Assembly: GCA_002772535.1 (NCBI GenBank)
Contig: PFDP01000003.1
Span: 3,962-67,961 of the forward strand
Length of the DNA stretch: 64,000 bases
Origin: Candidatus Peregrinibacteria bacterium CG10_big_fil_rev_8_21_14_0_10_36_19
Lineage (GTDB): Bacteria; Patescibacteriota; Gracilibacteria; UBA1369; LOWO2-01-FULL-3
Direction of reading: 5' to 3'
The notes below the pieces were generated by a model. It was not told where the DNA came from. It made no database searches and saw nothing but the letters and a program-made list of their open reading frames with translations. Made by a program: the position numbers and the translations under genes. Shown here in pieces: positions 38,501 through 48,420 of the stretch. Every line of letters starts with the position of its first letter. Within the stretch, counting starts at the first letter, position 1.

Positions 38501-38748
38501 AAATGGATAATGCAATTAAGAAAATTGTTTATGCGTATGGTGATAGGGAGTTAATAGAAATGGTTGAAAAAATGTATACCAAAACAGGGAATATTGAATT
38601 AGATCCGGATGAAAGAAAGAAACAACAAGATATAGATTATGCTTTCCAGGCATTTGGTGAAAAATTTCACCAAGTAGTTGGATCTGATGGAGGGGAAAAG
38701 ATGATCAATATAATGGCAAGTGCTAATCTTACAGGTATGAGTTTCTAG
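35560..38748 (+). CDS. Large hypothetical soluble protein (1062 aa)
   Basis: The start overlaps the upstream stop (TAATG). The N-terminal third looks coiled-coil. I could see no TM segment, P-loop or HExxH motif. Confidence 0.65.
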   Translation: MTNQELQKDPAKLSVIPELQTLANNGGQNSEAYAITQLAAEGKIDQKAQMKIAKTLGNPNKMKSKGYQYLMKSIAKNKFGKISSTVTSLLDALSMGGKAEEFATEELRKISASEYGPMSSLNEKKLLKNVSEAIEEQIKLEAIQSTGAKANAVLDKNENSSRLDSILKLEIDNLKVPNMPADLVKKLDEYGIKEYELVKKALPKYKQLKDLYAQLESDPTVKSKIDTLNSELEKIEEQVSNLRNEAQEFRDEQIGYFNMVLKLLRDCELTKSEVGINPANTENIFMREEISKLKIKKVSVVKDEDKSVGDPTETGVEILITYVDKNGKEQTADSLVFRKMLMAADAESEDVRIEDIPGLKEGAVYQTSQLVDPNSTHKELKKFTVKRIYQDANGQTLIELDKPVLKTSKNKLPNSMDDSVRHDRVEQTYTPGGFFKLINTNDYRPEKSPKNPQIKPTILKNDNANNKRKFLAGGANTPSINGNDEGQNDDKLPELDGPTGVRGRPEALQFDEVFKAGDMTFGERNVIENIWMNTRFLSVGDLWEMGKSMYEYYIRRFERRQKEKYSTIGQELPFFAPEMRRVNQSAETEQVQQFIDSFDQKGVYEIQDRLRLTTNRDEMKAAFTTLTNKGQMRWDDISMWNNLNKFLDDSKKIPIPKNGDPYTVVSKTDKRNGMEFMKDAIDSIWGEGSYNDWYSKNKSTFRSNSQGYAEEGKELENLDGGHRRKLSFLLKEHKEGRYVDPHEYEGLIIHAIDNGKAGMEDKLYYMIAGVAYENDSGRTILSMDRMAHINSEMLGKFPILDYICASVKRKDGGSHKFTKDDYKQWLKYFDQGDPTNCVPTQGVHDYLWRYILPSDETQNRINKALRDAERIDHEDLYVYVPPATESVVKNMCQASAGNKKYATVKGYANVFPGFSKYLKELSEAGNKKKLVEGIKSYVVYAGILTNRFEKAKGDSYQRLDVNTLNSRTIMTPETPKQLMEEMDNAIKKIVYAYGDRELIEMVEKMYTKTGNIELDPDERKKQQDIDYAFQAFGEKFHQVVGSDGGEKMINIMASANLTGMSF

Positions 38749-38761
38749 ATTTGCCTAGGTG

Positions 38762-38790
38762 TTGACACTTTGCGTTAAAAGTGCTTTAAT
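38762..38790 (+). promoter_or_regulatory. Putative internal promoter upstream of the 744-aa gene
   Basis: TTGACA (38762-38767), a 17-nt spacer ending in TGc, and TTTAAT (38785-38790). The spacer contains the small hairpin CACTTT-gcgtta-AAAGTG. Confidence 0.4.
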
Positions 38791-38811
38791 TAAGCATTAA
38801 AACTATGAAAT

Positions 38812-41046
38812 ATGAGAGGATTAGATAACCCAATAGATGGTTTGCCACAAGATATACTTAGTAGCAATCATCCTGAAGGAGTTAAACCACAGGCTGTTGC
38901 TTTACATCTTGTAGATGATGATTTGGAAGGAATAAAAAGTCCTAATCCAAAATCAGTAATACGCTATTCAAAAAGTTTAATTTTTGCACAATTACAGAGG
39001 GATCGTTCAATAATTAAGGCACTACCTATTCTTCATAAAGATCCACATGAAGACCAAACATTTAAGCGTGGGATACTTGAAAAATTGAGTTCAACTTTAG
39101 ATATGATCAGACCAGCGTCAGAGCAATTGAGAGGTATTTCTCAGAGTGCATTAGAGTATAATATAAAACCTAGTAGTTTATCTAAAGCTCTTGGTACAGA
39201 AGAAATACTTGGATTATTGATTGACCAAGTAATAGATTACAAGGATTCCAAACCAAAAAAACATAGACAGCCAACAAATATCAATGCTCCTGAGAAAAAG
39301 AATGTTGATGGTGAAGTTGCCACAAAATGTGAGGAATTTTTAAATTTCTTTATTCAAAATTATGATCCAAAATCGAGTGAAAGAAGTTTATTTAAATTCA
39401 TTCGAGCCCTTGAAAAAAAATATAGTGAATATGATATCAAGGCATGGCTTAAGGTCAACAAAGCACAGTTAATCAAATTAATTGGTGGGGAAAACAATGC
39501 CAACATTAAAAAAATTGTTAATGATAGCTTTCTTGATTTTGCAAAATCCCAGGGAAGAGAAGATGATTACATAAGATTAATTTGTGAAGATTTGCCAACA
39601 CTAAATATTGATGATGAGCAAGAAATGTACAAATTTATCAATTCACTCAAGGATATTTTTAGCCAATGGGTTAGTGGTGAGCATAGCAAATTATTGGTTT
39701 CAAAAAAATGTGATCCAACAAAAATTAGAGCTGTAATTACTAGCTATCTAATAGATTTATATCCTGAAATGGATGAGTTAAGAATTAAGAATATTGTACA
39801 CAAAGCAACTAGTCATGTAGTTACTGCAAGTCATATTAACGACTTTATTAGTGATCCAAGAAACATTCCAGAAGATTTAGATAGAGATTACAAAGCAATT
39901 TATAGCAGTGGTGAGCTCGATGACAAAGCCTATGCAAAATTACTTAAAGGTACTTTTGCTATTATGGAAGAATATCAATTAGAAGGTGGTAAAACTGTAG
40001 TTACAAAAACGGAAAATTTGGCAACTCTTAAAAAGAGGCTTGGTGAGTTTTTTGCAATGGCTAATGATCAGGTTCATAAAGAGTTTAATGATGCTGGGTT
40101 AGGCGAATTGAAATTACACCCTACAGTAGAAGGTGCCAATGACTATGCCGAGCTGATAAGAATATCTATGGAAAGTAATGATCCTAAAATTGCTTGGGAT
40201 GCTAGAGTAAAAATTGGTACTGCCTTTTCAATTTATCAAACTGCCTATAGTAGAACATTTCAATTTAGGGAATATGATGCCAAACAAATTGAAATAAGAA
40301 TGACAACTCCAAACGATGGAATTAAATTTAAAAAAGGCGATTTGCAAGAAGTTTTATTTATCGAAAATGGTGGAAATCCACAGCAGGTAGGTGAAAGTTA
40401 TGTGGGAGATGAAAGAGTTAAGAAAATGAATTTATTAAATACTACAATAAATGGTGTTCAATGTTATCTAATGCCTACAACTGAAGGATCTAAAACAGAC
40501 TTTATTGGTGTTAAATCTATGAGTAGTTGTGTAGGTAAACAGGTGAGAAATGGTGTTACTCCAGAAACAACTACAGATATGCAGCGTGCTACAATAGCTT
40601 ATGAAAATGAGGATCAAAAAGAGGCCATAGTAGATTACTTGCGAACTCATTATTTTGGAATGTTTAGAAAAATTGAGTTTAAAGTTTATGGAAAAGGTAA
40701 GCACTCAGAAAATACTGCTGCAGAATATGAAGCAGAAAAATACTCTCTTAAAGTTTTGATATCATATGGAAACCCATTAGATCATTTACATTCTGCGTAT
40801 TTCGTAACTGTTGAAATAAGATTTTTAGATATAAAAAATGCTATTAGGGAGCGTAGCGATACTCACAAGGCGAGCCATAAAGTATTCGAAAAGAAAAGAT
40901 CACGTGCCGTTGTTGAAAAATATAGACCTCGAAGTTTATTCCCAGAGTTATACGAAAAAAATGAACCAAATGAAAACGACATTGTGGGACAACAACTAAA
41001 TGCTGAAGGTCATCCAACATATTCTCTTAGGAAAAAATTATCCTAA
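38812..41046 (+). CDS. Large hypothetical soluble protein (744 aa)
   Basis: Long uninterrupted ORF and the last gene of the operon. No recognisable motif. Its 3' end overlaps the convergent thrS by 9 nt. Confidence 0.6.
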   Translation: MRGLDNPIDGLPQDILSSNHPEGVKPQAVALHLVDDDLEGIKSPNPKSVIRYSKSLIFAQLQRDRSIIKALPILHKDPHEDQTFKRGILEKLSSTLDMIRPASEQLRGISQSALEYNIKPSSLSKALGTEEILGLLIDQVIDYKDSKPKKHRQPTNINAPEKKNVDGEVATKCEEFLNFFIQNYDPKSSERSLFKFIRALEKKYSEYDIKAWLKVNKAQLIKLIGGENNANIKKIVNDSFLDFAKSQGREDDYIRLICEDLPTLNIDDEQEMYKFINSLKDIFSQWVSGEHSKLLVSKKCDPTKIRAVITSYLIDLYPEMDELRIKNIVHKATSHVVTASHINDFISDPRNIPEDLDRDYKAIYSSGELDDKAYAKLLKGTFAIMEEYQLEGGKTVVTKTENLATLKKRLGEFFAMANDQVHKEFNDAGLGELKLHPTVEGANDYAELIRISMESNDPKIAWDARVKIGTAFSIYQTAYSRTFQFREYDAKQIEIRMTTPNDGIKFKKGDLQEVLFIENGGNPQQVGESYVGDERVKKMNLLNTTINGVQCYLMPTTEGSKTDFIGVKSMSSCVGKQVRNGVTPETTTDMQRATIAYENEDQKEAIVDYLRTHYFGMFRKIEFKVYGKGKHSENTAAEYEAEKYSLKVLISYGNPLDHLHSAYFVTVEIRFLDIKNAIRERSDTHKASHKVFEKKRSRAVVEKYRPRSLFPELYEKNEPNENDIVGQQLNAEGHPTYSLRKKLS

Positions 41047-42819
41047 AACTTCTACAACAAGTTTTTTAGCCATGCTAACAAACTCATCTAGCTTCATCAC
41101 TTCCTGTGTTTTAGTTGCATAATTTCTCACAGCAACAGTTTCATCGGCAACTTCTTTTTCGCCAACAACAAGCATGTAAGGTATTTTCATCATTTCTGCA
41201 TTTCTAATTTTCTTTCCTAGTGTTTCATTTGCTTCATCAATTTCACATCTGAATCCAGCAGCCTTCATTTCATCATAAACCTTCCAAGCATAATCTTTAA
41301 ATGCATCAGAAACTGGTAGTACAACAACCTGTGTAGGAGCTATCCAGAATGGGAAAGCACCGGCATAATGTTCAATTAAAAAGCCGATAAACCTTTCATG
41401 AGTACTCAAAGGAGCTCTATGAATACATATCGGAGTTTTTTCAGAACCATCAGCATCTGTGTATTTAAGATTAAATCTTTCTGGCACGGCAAAATCTAAT
41501 TGATTTGTTGCCAAAGTAAATTCGCGCCCAATCACAGACCAAATTTGCACATCAATTTTTGGACCATAAAACGCTGCCTCATCTTCCACTTCAACAAAAG
41601 GAACACCACTTTTTACTAAAACATCTCTCACCATTTTTTCTGTCTTAACCCACAATTCTTCGTGATCAACATACTTTTTTCCAAGGCCTTCTTTTGAATG
41701 TTTAGAAAGTCTCATTTGGTATTTTTCAATTCCAAAAAGTTCAAAATAATAAAGATAAAGTTCTATTACTTTCCCAAATTCAGATTCAAACTGCTCCTCT
41801 GTACAGTAAATATGAGCATCATTCATACAAAGAGATCTTACTCTCATCAGGCCAAACAAAGCTCCAGAATCCTCAAATCTATAACAGTGACCATACTCCG
41901 CCATTCTCAAAGGTAGCTCTCTATAACTTCTCTGCTTTGCGGCATAAATTTTATGATGATGAGGGCAGTTCATCGCTTTAAGATAATATTTTTCATTATC
42001 CATTTCCATTGCCGGATACATGCTGTCCTCATAGTAAGGCAAATGTCCTGATCTTAAGTACAATTGTTCTTTAGCAATATGTGGGCTTCTTACTCTTACA
42101 TATCCTTGTTCACCTTCTTTTTTCTTAGCTAATTCTTCTAATTTATCCACAATAACAGCGCCTTTTGGAAGCCACAAAGGTAATCCTGCTCCAACTTCTT
42201 CATCAAAAGTAAAAAGTTCCAAATCTTTTCCAAGCTTTCTGTGATCTCTTTTTTTAGCTTCTTCAAGCTGCTTTAGGTGTTCTTGTAGTTGCTCCTGAGT
42301 TTCCCACGCTGTTCCATAAATTCTTTGTAACACAGGTTTTTTTTCATCTCCCCTCCAGTATGCACCAGCAATTTTTGTTAATTTAAAAGCTCCAATTTCT
42401 CCAGTATGCTTTGTATGACCACCTCTACATAGATCCACGAACATTACTTTTTGATCATTTGGGCGAATATTTTCATAAAATGTTAAGGTTTTTCCTTCAC
42501 TTGCAAATTCTTGTGCCAATTCAACTTTAAATGGCTGATTTGCTGCTTCCAAAAACTCAACAGCTTCTTCTCCTGTTACTTCTCTTCCTACAAAAGTTTG
42601 TCTTTGATTAATAATTTGTTTCATTTTCTTCTCCAATAGGGGAAGATCTTCTGGAATTAAAGTTCTTGGTAATTCAAAATCATAATAAAAACCATTATCT
42701 ATTGTTGGACCAATACCTAATTTAGCTTCAGGAAACATTTCCAAAACAGCCTGTGCAAGTACATGAGCACATGAATGTCTTAAAGCGTCCATCTCTGGAT
42801 TTTCTCCGACTTTTGACAT
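41038..42819 (-). CDS. thrS: Threonyl-tRNA synthetase lacking the N-terminal TGS domain
   Basis: 593 aa. It starts at the editing-domain motif LRHSCAHVLAQAV. The class II core (RVRSLCMNDAHIY, GPKIDV, ...HRAPLSTHERFIGFLIEHYAGAFPFWIAP) and the anticodon-binding domain are present. Confidence 0.93.
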   Translation of the reverse strand: MSKVGENPEMDALRHSCAHVLAQAVLEMFPEAKLGIGPTIDNGFYYDFELPRTLIPEDLPLLEKKMKQIINQRQTFVGREVTGEEAVEFLEAANQPFKVELAQEFASEGKTLTFYENIRPNDQKVMFVDLCRGGHTKHTGEIGAFKLTKIAGAYWRGDEKKPVLQRIYGTAWETQEQLQEHLKQLEEAKKRDHRKLGKDLELFTFDEEVGAGLPLWLPKGAVIVDKLEELAKKKEGEQGYVRVRSPHIAKEQLYLRSGHLPYYEDSMYPAMEMDNEKYYLKAMNCPHHHKIYAAKQRSYRELPLRMAEYGHCYRFEDSGALFGLMRVRSLCMNDAHIYCTEEQFESEFGKVIELYLYYFELFGIEKYQMRLSKHSKEGLGKKYVDHEELWVKTEKMVRDVLVKSGVPFVEVEDEAAFYGPKIDVQIWSVIGREFTLATNQLDFAVPERFNLKYTDADGSEKTPICIHRAPLSTHERFIGFLIEHYAGAFPFWIAPTQVVVLPVSDAFKDYAWKVYDEMKAAGFRCEIDEANETLGKKIRNAEMMKIPYMLVVGEKEVADETVAVRNYATKTQEVMKLDEFVSMAKKLVVEVLG

Positions 42820-42866
42820 AATGATTTTTTGTTTATAATTTAAGAAAAGATTACACCCAAAATAGA

Positions 42867-43964
42867 ATGAAACTCAAAAAACTTCAACTCGAAAACTTTC
42901 GCAATTACAAAGCCTTGAGCTTCGAATTTCCGCAAGAAAAAAACATACTTATCTTGGTTGGTCTTAACGGCAAAGGTAAAACAAACTTTCTAGAAGCTAT
43001 TTATGCTCTTTCTATAGGTCGTTCTTTTAGAACTCTTATAAATGAACACCTTGTAAATTGGGATGCAGATTATCTAAGAATTAAGGGAGAAATAGTCCAA
43101 GATGGCGAAGAGGAGGTTTTAGAGGTATTTTTTTCAAAGCGTCCACGCAGGCAAAAAAACTTCCGTAAAAATGGAGTAAATCAAAAAAATAGTGAATACA
43201 TAGGAAATTTAATTACCGTACTTTTTCACCCAGAAGATTTGAATATGCTTTATTTAAGTCCTTCATATCGCCGCCAGTACCTCGACACTCTACTCTCTCA
43301 GACCGACAAACAATATCTTTTTGCCCTAACCCAATATCGCAAAATTCTTAAGCAAAGAAATGCTCTTTTGAGTGAAATTCTCAAAAACAAACTAAGAGGG
43401 GGAAAAGATACAAAAACATTGGAAGAGGATTTAGACACTTGGGATCTGCAAATGGCTGATTACGGCACTCAAATTATCAAAAAAAGACAAGCCCTTGTAG
43501 AATTTATATCTCAAAAAATAGAAGAAATTTATCGTCAAATTTCTGGTTTAAATGAAGAAATTCAAATTAAATACAGCACTAAGTTTAGAGAAGATTTCCT
43601 ATACGAGCTAAAGGAAAGGCGTGACAAAGATGTATACCGCGCAAAAACAGGAATGGGGCCACATTTAGACGATTTGAGCTTTTACATAAACAGCCTAGAA
43701 ATTGATTCTATGGCATCAAGAGGCGAATTTAGAACCTTACTTTTATCACTAAAACTTGTAGAAATTGAATTTATCAAAGAAAAAACTAGTCAAATACCAC
43801 TGTTGCTATTGGATGATGTTTTTTCCGAACTCGACGAGGAGAGGCAAAAACATCTAACCTCAATTATCCGCATACATCAAACAATAATAACCACAACACA
43901 TCTTGAAAATGTGATGGATATTTCAGACATAAGTGAGGTTATAGGTATTGAAAAACTGGGTTAA
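42867..43964 (+). CDS. recF: DNA replication and repair protein RecF
   Basis: 365 aa. MKLKKLQLENFRNYKALSFEF, Walker A GLNGKGKTNFLEAI, signature SRGEFRTLLLSLKL, and Walker B LLLLDDVFSELD. Confidence 0.88.
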   Translation: MKLKKLQLENFRNYKALSFEFPQEKNILILVGLNGKGKTNFLEAIYALSIGRSFRTLINEHLVNWDADYLRIKGEIVQDGEEEVLEVFFSKRPRRQKNFRKNGVNQKNSEYIGNLITVLFHPEDLNMLYLSPSYRRQYLDTLLSQTDKQYLFALTQYRKILKQRNALLSEILKNKLRGGKDTKTLEEDLDTWDLQMADYGTQIIKKRQALVEFISQKIEEIYRQISGLNEEIQIKYSTKFREDFLYELKERRDKDVYRAKTGMGPHLDDLSFYINSLEIDSMASRGEFRTLLLSLKLVEIEFIKEKTSQIPLLLLDDVFSELDEERQKHLTSIIRIHQTIITTTHLENVMDISDISEVIGIEKLG

Positions 43965-43999
43965 TTGTGTTATAATATACTATTAAGTATAAATAACTT

Positions 44000-44848
44000 A
44001 TGCCTCAGTTAATGCAAATCCTTGGTTCAATTTTTTTAGCAATGGTACCTGCTATAATTTGGGGTTACATATTTTTCAGCCGCAAGAACGAAGATAGAGA
44101 TCTCACAGTAATAACTTTTTTAGTTGGTGCATTAGCCGTATTTCCAATTTTATTTTACAAATTTCTCTGGCAATTTTTTCCTTGGATTAATGCCTTTAAA
44201 ATAGCGGACTTCTATAAAAACGATCTAATAGGGCTTACAAATGTCACAATAGTACCATTAAGCGTGCTCATTACATTTATGATAGTTGGAATTATTGAAG
44301 AGCTTATGAAGATGTTTTCAGTAAAATTTGTTGATAATGATGAATTTCGTAGCGTTGATGATGCAATCCAATTTTTCATTATAGCTGCCCTAGGGTTCTC
44401 ATTCACAGAAAATATTCTATATTTCTATAACATTTGGATTACTCAGGGGCCGTCAAATTTATTTTTACCATTCCTATTCCGTTCTTCATTCTCAACTTTA
44501 GCTCATTTAATCTTTTCAGGGGTTTTGGGGTACTACTACGGAGTTGCACATTTTGCCAAACCTCTTCTTCAAGAAGAAATTAAGGCAAATCGTCGTCATT
44601 GGACAGTTATTCTTCACAAAATTTTTAATCTAAGAAAAGAAAAAATGTTCTACGAGGAGCAAATGATGGAAGGTCTTTTGGTTTCAGTTGGGCTGCACGC
44701 TATTTTTAACATTTTATTGGAAATTAATCTTACATTTCTTATAGTTCCCTTTCTAGTAGGGGGGTATATCGCTTTAAATTACCTTTTTGATAAAAAGGAA
44801 AACCAAAAAACTTTCAATCGTTTCCTTGCCAAGGAAAGGAATCATTAA
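44000..44848 (+). CDS. PrsW-family intramembrane protease-like protein
   Basis: 282 aa, polytopic. GIIEELMK (EExxK) and a late HAIFN motif as in PrsW-type membrane proteases. Confidence 0.55.
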   Translation: MPQLMQILGSIFLAMVPAIIWGYIFFSRKNEDRDLTVITFLVGALAVFPILFYKFLWQFFPWINAFKIADFYKNDLIGLTNVTIVPLSVLITFMIVGIIEELMKMFSVKFVDNDEFRSVDDAIQFFIIAALGFSFTENILYFYNIWITQGPSNLFLPFLFRSSFSTLAHLIFSGVLGYYYGVAHFAKPLLQEEIKANRRHWTVILHKIFNLRKEKMFYEEQMMEGLLVSVGLHAIFNILLEINLTFLIVPFLVGGYIALNYLFDKKENQKTFNRFLAKERNH

Positions 44849-44912
44849 ATCCTTGAATCCATAGGAAAAGCATGCTAATATCTTCACTTGCGTGGTATTC
44901 CAAATTAAAAAA

Positions 44913-47789
44913 ATGGCAAAGGACAAAATTATAGTAAAGGGAGCGAAAATCCATAATCTAAAAAATATAGATGTGGAAATTCCTCGAGATAAATTTACAG
45001 TAATTACTGGACTTTCTGGTTCCGGTAAATCTTCTTTAGCATTTGATACTATTTATGCAGAGGGGCAAAGACGCTATGTGGAAAGTCTTTCTACATATGC
45101 CAGAAATTTCTTGCAACTAATGGATAAGCCAGAGGTAGAATCAATTGATGGTCTTTCTCCTGCTATTTCTATTGATCAAAAAACAGCACCTAGAAATCCA
45201 AGATCTACAGTAGGTACTGTAACTGAAATATACGATTTTTTACGTTTATTATTTGCAAAAATCGGAACCCCTCACGACCCTATAACAGGCGAAAAACTAG
45301 AAAGACAAACAGCAGAACAAATAGTTACCCATATCGCAAACATGAAGGAGGGGACAAGGATTTTAATTCTTTCTCCGGTTATTCGTGATCAAAAAGGCGT
45401 GCACAGAAAGGTTTTAGAAAAGATCCAAAAAGAGGGATTTATAAGGGTTAGAGTGAATGGTGAAGTTTATCCTATTACAGATATTCCTGTACTTGATGAA
45501 AACAAAAAAAACAGCATCGAGATAGTGGTAGATCGTATTGTGGTTAATGATTTAGCTCCAAAAACACAAAAATTCTCTACGGGAGAAGAAATTGATATGC
45601 CAAATCCTAATCGTACACGTTTGTATGATTCAATTGAAACTTCTCTTAAATATAGTGAAGGAATAGTGATGATTATGGATAATGATACTGGCAAGATAGA
45701 TACATATTCTGAGCACTATTCTTCTTCTACAGGGAAAGTTAATTTACCGGAAATAAGCCCTCGTACTTTTTCGTTTAATAGTCCACACGGCGCTTGTGAG
45801 GATTGTCATGGACTTGGTACTAAGCTCGAAATTGATCCCGACTTAATCATTCCAAACAAAAAACTCACTCTTAGTGAGGGGGCTATTATGCCTTGGTCTA
45901 CAACAACTTCACACCTTGGATGGTATAATAAAATTCTGGAAAAAGTAGCAAAAAATCAAGGTTTTTCTATGAGTACTCCAATAGAGAAACTTAGTGAAAA
46001 GGCTCTAAATACGGTTTTATATGGAGATGGAGAAAATAAATACAAAGTTTCAATGAGCGGGGGATCGATGAACGGTGAGTATGAAACTACATTTGAGGGA
46101 GTGATTCCTAATTTAGAAAGAAGGTATTTAGAAACAGATTCCGATTACGTACGCAAAAAATTAGAAGGTTTTATGAGGATTTTAAGATGTCCGGCTTGTA
46201 AGGGGCAAAGGCTTAAGCCTGAAATTTTAGCAATCCGTATTGGAGAGTATTCTATTATGGATATATCTTCATTTTCAGTTAAAAGATGTGCAGAATTTTT
46301 CAGTGCCATTGAGCTTAGTAAAATGCACTCTGAGATCGCAGATCCTATTCTAAAAGAAATTCAAAATAGATTATCCTTTTTGGAAAATGTTGGTCTTTCA
46401 TATTTAACATTAGACCGTTCGGCAAATACTCTTTCAGGTGGAGAAGCTCAGCGTATTCGTTTAGCTACCCAAATTGGTTCAAAACTTTCAGGAGTGATTT
46501 ATGTTTTAGATGAGCCAAGTATAGGTTTACACCAAAACGATAACGATAAATTAATTAAAACCCTTGTTTCTCTAAGGGACATTGGTAATACGGTTATAGT
46601 TGTAGAGCACGATGTGGATACTATGTTAGCTGCGGACTATATTATTGATATTGGTCCTGGAGCTGGTAAACATGGTGGAACAGTGGTTTCATCTGGTACT
46701 CCAGAAGAAGTAATGAAAGATAAAAACTCTGTAACAGGTAAGTATCTTACTGGAAAAGATGGTATTAAGGCTCCTGCAAAACGTCGCAAGGGGAATGGAA
46801 AAAAGCTGACAATAGTCGACGCAACTGAACACAACCTAAAGCATGTGACTGTAGATTTCCCACTAGGAACCTTTATTGGTGTAACTGGAGTGTCCGGATC
46901 GGGTAAATCTACATTAATTAATGATATTCTAGTTAGATCAGTTTCTAAGAAGATATATAATTCGAAGAAAGTGCCGGGAGCTCATAAAGAAGTAACTGGA
47001 CTAGATAATTTAGATAAAATAATCAGTATTGATCAGTCTCCTATAGGAAGAACTCCAAGATCAAATCCAGCTACATACACTGGTGTTTTTACAGATATAA
47101 GAGATATATTTGCTCAAACTCCAGAGGCTAAAATGCGTGGTTACAAATCTGGAAGATTTAGTTTTAATGTTAAAGGTGGGCGTTGTGAGGCTTGTAGCGG
47201 TGATGGAATCAAAAAAATTGAGATGCACTTTTTGCCAGATATATATGTTCCTTGTGAGGTATGTAAAGGTAAAAGATATAACCAAAGTGCTTTAGAAATT
47301 AAATATAGAGGTAAAAACATTTTTGATGTTTTGGAAATGACAGTTGAAGAGGCTCTAGAATTCTTTAGTGCAATACCAAATATAAGTACTAAGCTTAAAA
47401 CTCTTAATGAGGTTGGGTTGGGATACATACATATTGGACAATCAGCCACAACTTTATCTGGTGGAGAAGCACAGCGTATTAAACTTGCAACGGAGCTATC
47501 TAAACGCTCTACTGGTAAGACTATCTATATTTTAGATGAACCAACTACGGGTCTTCATTTTGAAGATGTTAAAAAGCTTTTAACAGTGCTACAAAGACTT
47601 GTTGATAAAGGTAATACTGTTCTAGTTATTGAACACAACCTCGATGTAATAAAATCTGTAGACCATATTGTTGATATGGGGCCAGAAGGAGGAGATTTGG
47701 GTGGTACTGTTGTTGCTACAGGAACTCCAGAAGATGTTATTAAAGTTAAAGAATCCCTAACAGGTAAGTGGCTTAAAAAAATAATGTAG
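44913..47789 (+). CDS. uvrA: Excinuclease ABC subunit A
   Basis: [61 protein letters not shown] second ABC module ([13 protein letters not shown]), CxxC zinc modules and LSGGEAQRI twice. The track ORF begins at GTG 44892; ATG 44913 gives the canonical N-terminus. Confidence 0.95.
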   Translation: MAKDKIIVKGAKIHNLKNIDVEIPRDKFTVITGLSGSGKSSLAFDTIYAEGQRRYVESLSTYARNFLQLMDKPEVESIDGLSPAISIDQKTAPRNPRSTVGTVTEIYDFLRLLFAKIGTPHDPITGEKLERQTAEQIVTHIANMKEGTRILILSPVIRDQKGVHRKVLEKIQKEGFIRVRVNGEVYPITDIPVLDENKKNSIEIVVDRIVVNDLAPKTQKFSTGEEIDMPNPNRTRLYDSIETSLKYSEGIVMIMDNDTGKIDTYSEHYSSSTGKVNLPEISPRTFSFNSPHGACEDCHGLGTKLEIDPDLIIPNKKLTLSEGAIMPWSTTTSHLGWYNKILEKVAKNQGFSMSTPIEKLSEKALNTVLYGDGENKYKVSMSGGSMNGEYETTFEGVIPNLERRYLETDSDYVRKKLEGFMRILRCPACKGQRLKPEILAIRIGEYSIMDISSFSVKRCAEFFSAIELSKMHSEIADPILKEIQNRLSFLENVGLSYLTLDRSANTLSGGEAQRIRLATQIGSKLSGVIYVLDEPSIGLHQNDNDKLIKTLVSLRDIGNTVIVVEHDVDTMLAADYIIDIGPGAGKHGGTVVSSGTPEEVMKDKNSVTGKYLTGKDGIKAPAKRRKGNGKKLTIVDATEHNLKHVTVDFPLGTFIGVTGVSGSGKSTLINDILVRSVSKKIYNSKKVPGAHKEVTGLDNLDKIISIDQSPIGRTPRSNPATYTGVFTDIRDIFAQTPEAKMRGYKSGRFSFNVKGGRCEACSGDGIKKIEMHFLPDIYVPCEVCKGKRYNQSALEIKYRGKNIFDVLEMTVEEALEFFSAIPNISTKLKTLNEVGLGYIHIGQSATTLSGGEAQRIKLATELSKRSTGKTIYILDEPTTGLHFEDVKKLLTVLQRLVDKGNTVLVIEHNLDVIKSVDHIVDMGPEGGDLGGTVVATGTPEDVIKVKESLTGKWLKKIM

Positions 47790-47828
47790 TAAAAAAATTT
47801 ATTAAACTTTAAGCAATTCTTTTTAATA

Positions 47829-47858
47829 GGAATGAGTTTTAGAATTCATTCCATTTTT
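47829..47858 (+). terminator. Rho-independent terminator after uvrA
   Basis: GGAATGA...TCATTCC stem (extendable through GTT/AAT) followed by ATTTTT. Confidence 0.65.
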
Positions 47859-47865
47859 ATTGTGT

Positions 47866-47910
47866 AAAGTTTAATAAAGTTTAATAAAGTTTAGTTAAAT
47901 TTAGTTAAAC
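47866..47910. repeat. About four tandem copies of a 10-nt AT-rich unit (AAAGTTTAAT / AAAGTTTAGT / TAAATTTAGT)
   Basis: Direct reading gives aaagtttaat aaagtttaat aaagtttagt taaatttagt taaac. Related GTTTAA/AGTTAAA words recur at about 47955, 48083, 48114 and 48131, up to the HTH gene start. Confidence 0.7.
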
Positions 47911-48144
47911 TCCTAAAGTAAAAAACAAAAAAATACTAGTCAAGGGTGCTGTAGAGTTTAACTTAATTAAATAAAATATAAAAAACTATTGAAAACTAAA
48001 ATTTAATATGATAAATTCTTCTCAGGTTAGTTATGACATTTGAAAACAAGGAGAGTATTGAAAGCTATTGCAAAGAATGATAAAGTTAAATAAACTCAGT
48101 TTCCATTAGTTCAAAGTTTATTTAATAATAAAGAGTTTAACTTC

Positions 48145-48408
48145 ATGCAAGAAAAATTTTTTACAACTGAGCAAGTAGCTACAATTCTCCAAGTTCATCC
48201 TTTTACCATCCTTAAGTTTATCAAAGCTGGGAAATTAAAAGGTCTGAAGCTTGGTAGGGTATATCGTATCAAAGAAAGTGATGTAAATCAGTTCATTGAA
48301 GATAGAATGACCCAACCTGCTAAAAAAATAGTCAAAAAGGAGATCACGGAACCTCATTCCAACGATAATCCACCACCTACTGAAGAAGATCATTACTTTA
48401 TTATTTAA
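48145..48408 (+). CDS. Excisionase/MerR-superfamily helix-turn-helix DNA-binding protein
   Basis: 87 aa. FTTEQVATILQVHPFTILKFIKAGKLKGLKLGRVYRIKESDVNQFIE is the excisionase-family HTH pattern. It has a polar C-terminal tail. Confidence 0.7.
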   Translation: MQEKFFTTEQVATILQVHPFTILKFIKAGKLKGLKLGRVYRIKESDVNQFIEDRMTQPAKKIVKKEITEPHSNDNPPPTEEDHYFII

Positions 48409-48420
48409 ACATCTCTAACA

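Noticed and set aside
31446-41046. Calling operon A a type IV secretion or conjugation system
   Set aside because: Only a loose topological resemblance of one protein to VirB6/TrbL supports this. There is no VirB4, VirD4 or VirB11 ATPase, relaxase, pilin or lytic transglycosylase in the block. I keep it only as a hypothesis to test.
42820-43964. Replication origin near recF
   Set aside because: No dnaA, dnaN or gyrB lies adjacent, and there is no cluster of DnaA boxes. The only TGTGGATAA I noticed is at 36525-36533, inside a CDS. The 47-nt thrS/recF spacer is too short.
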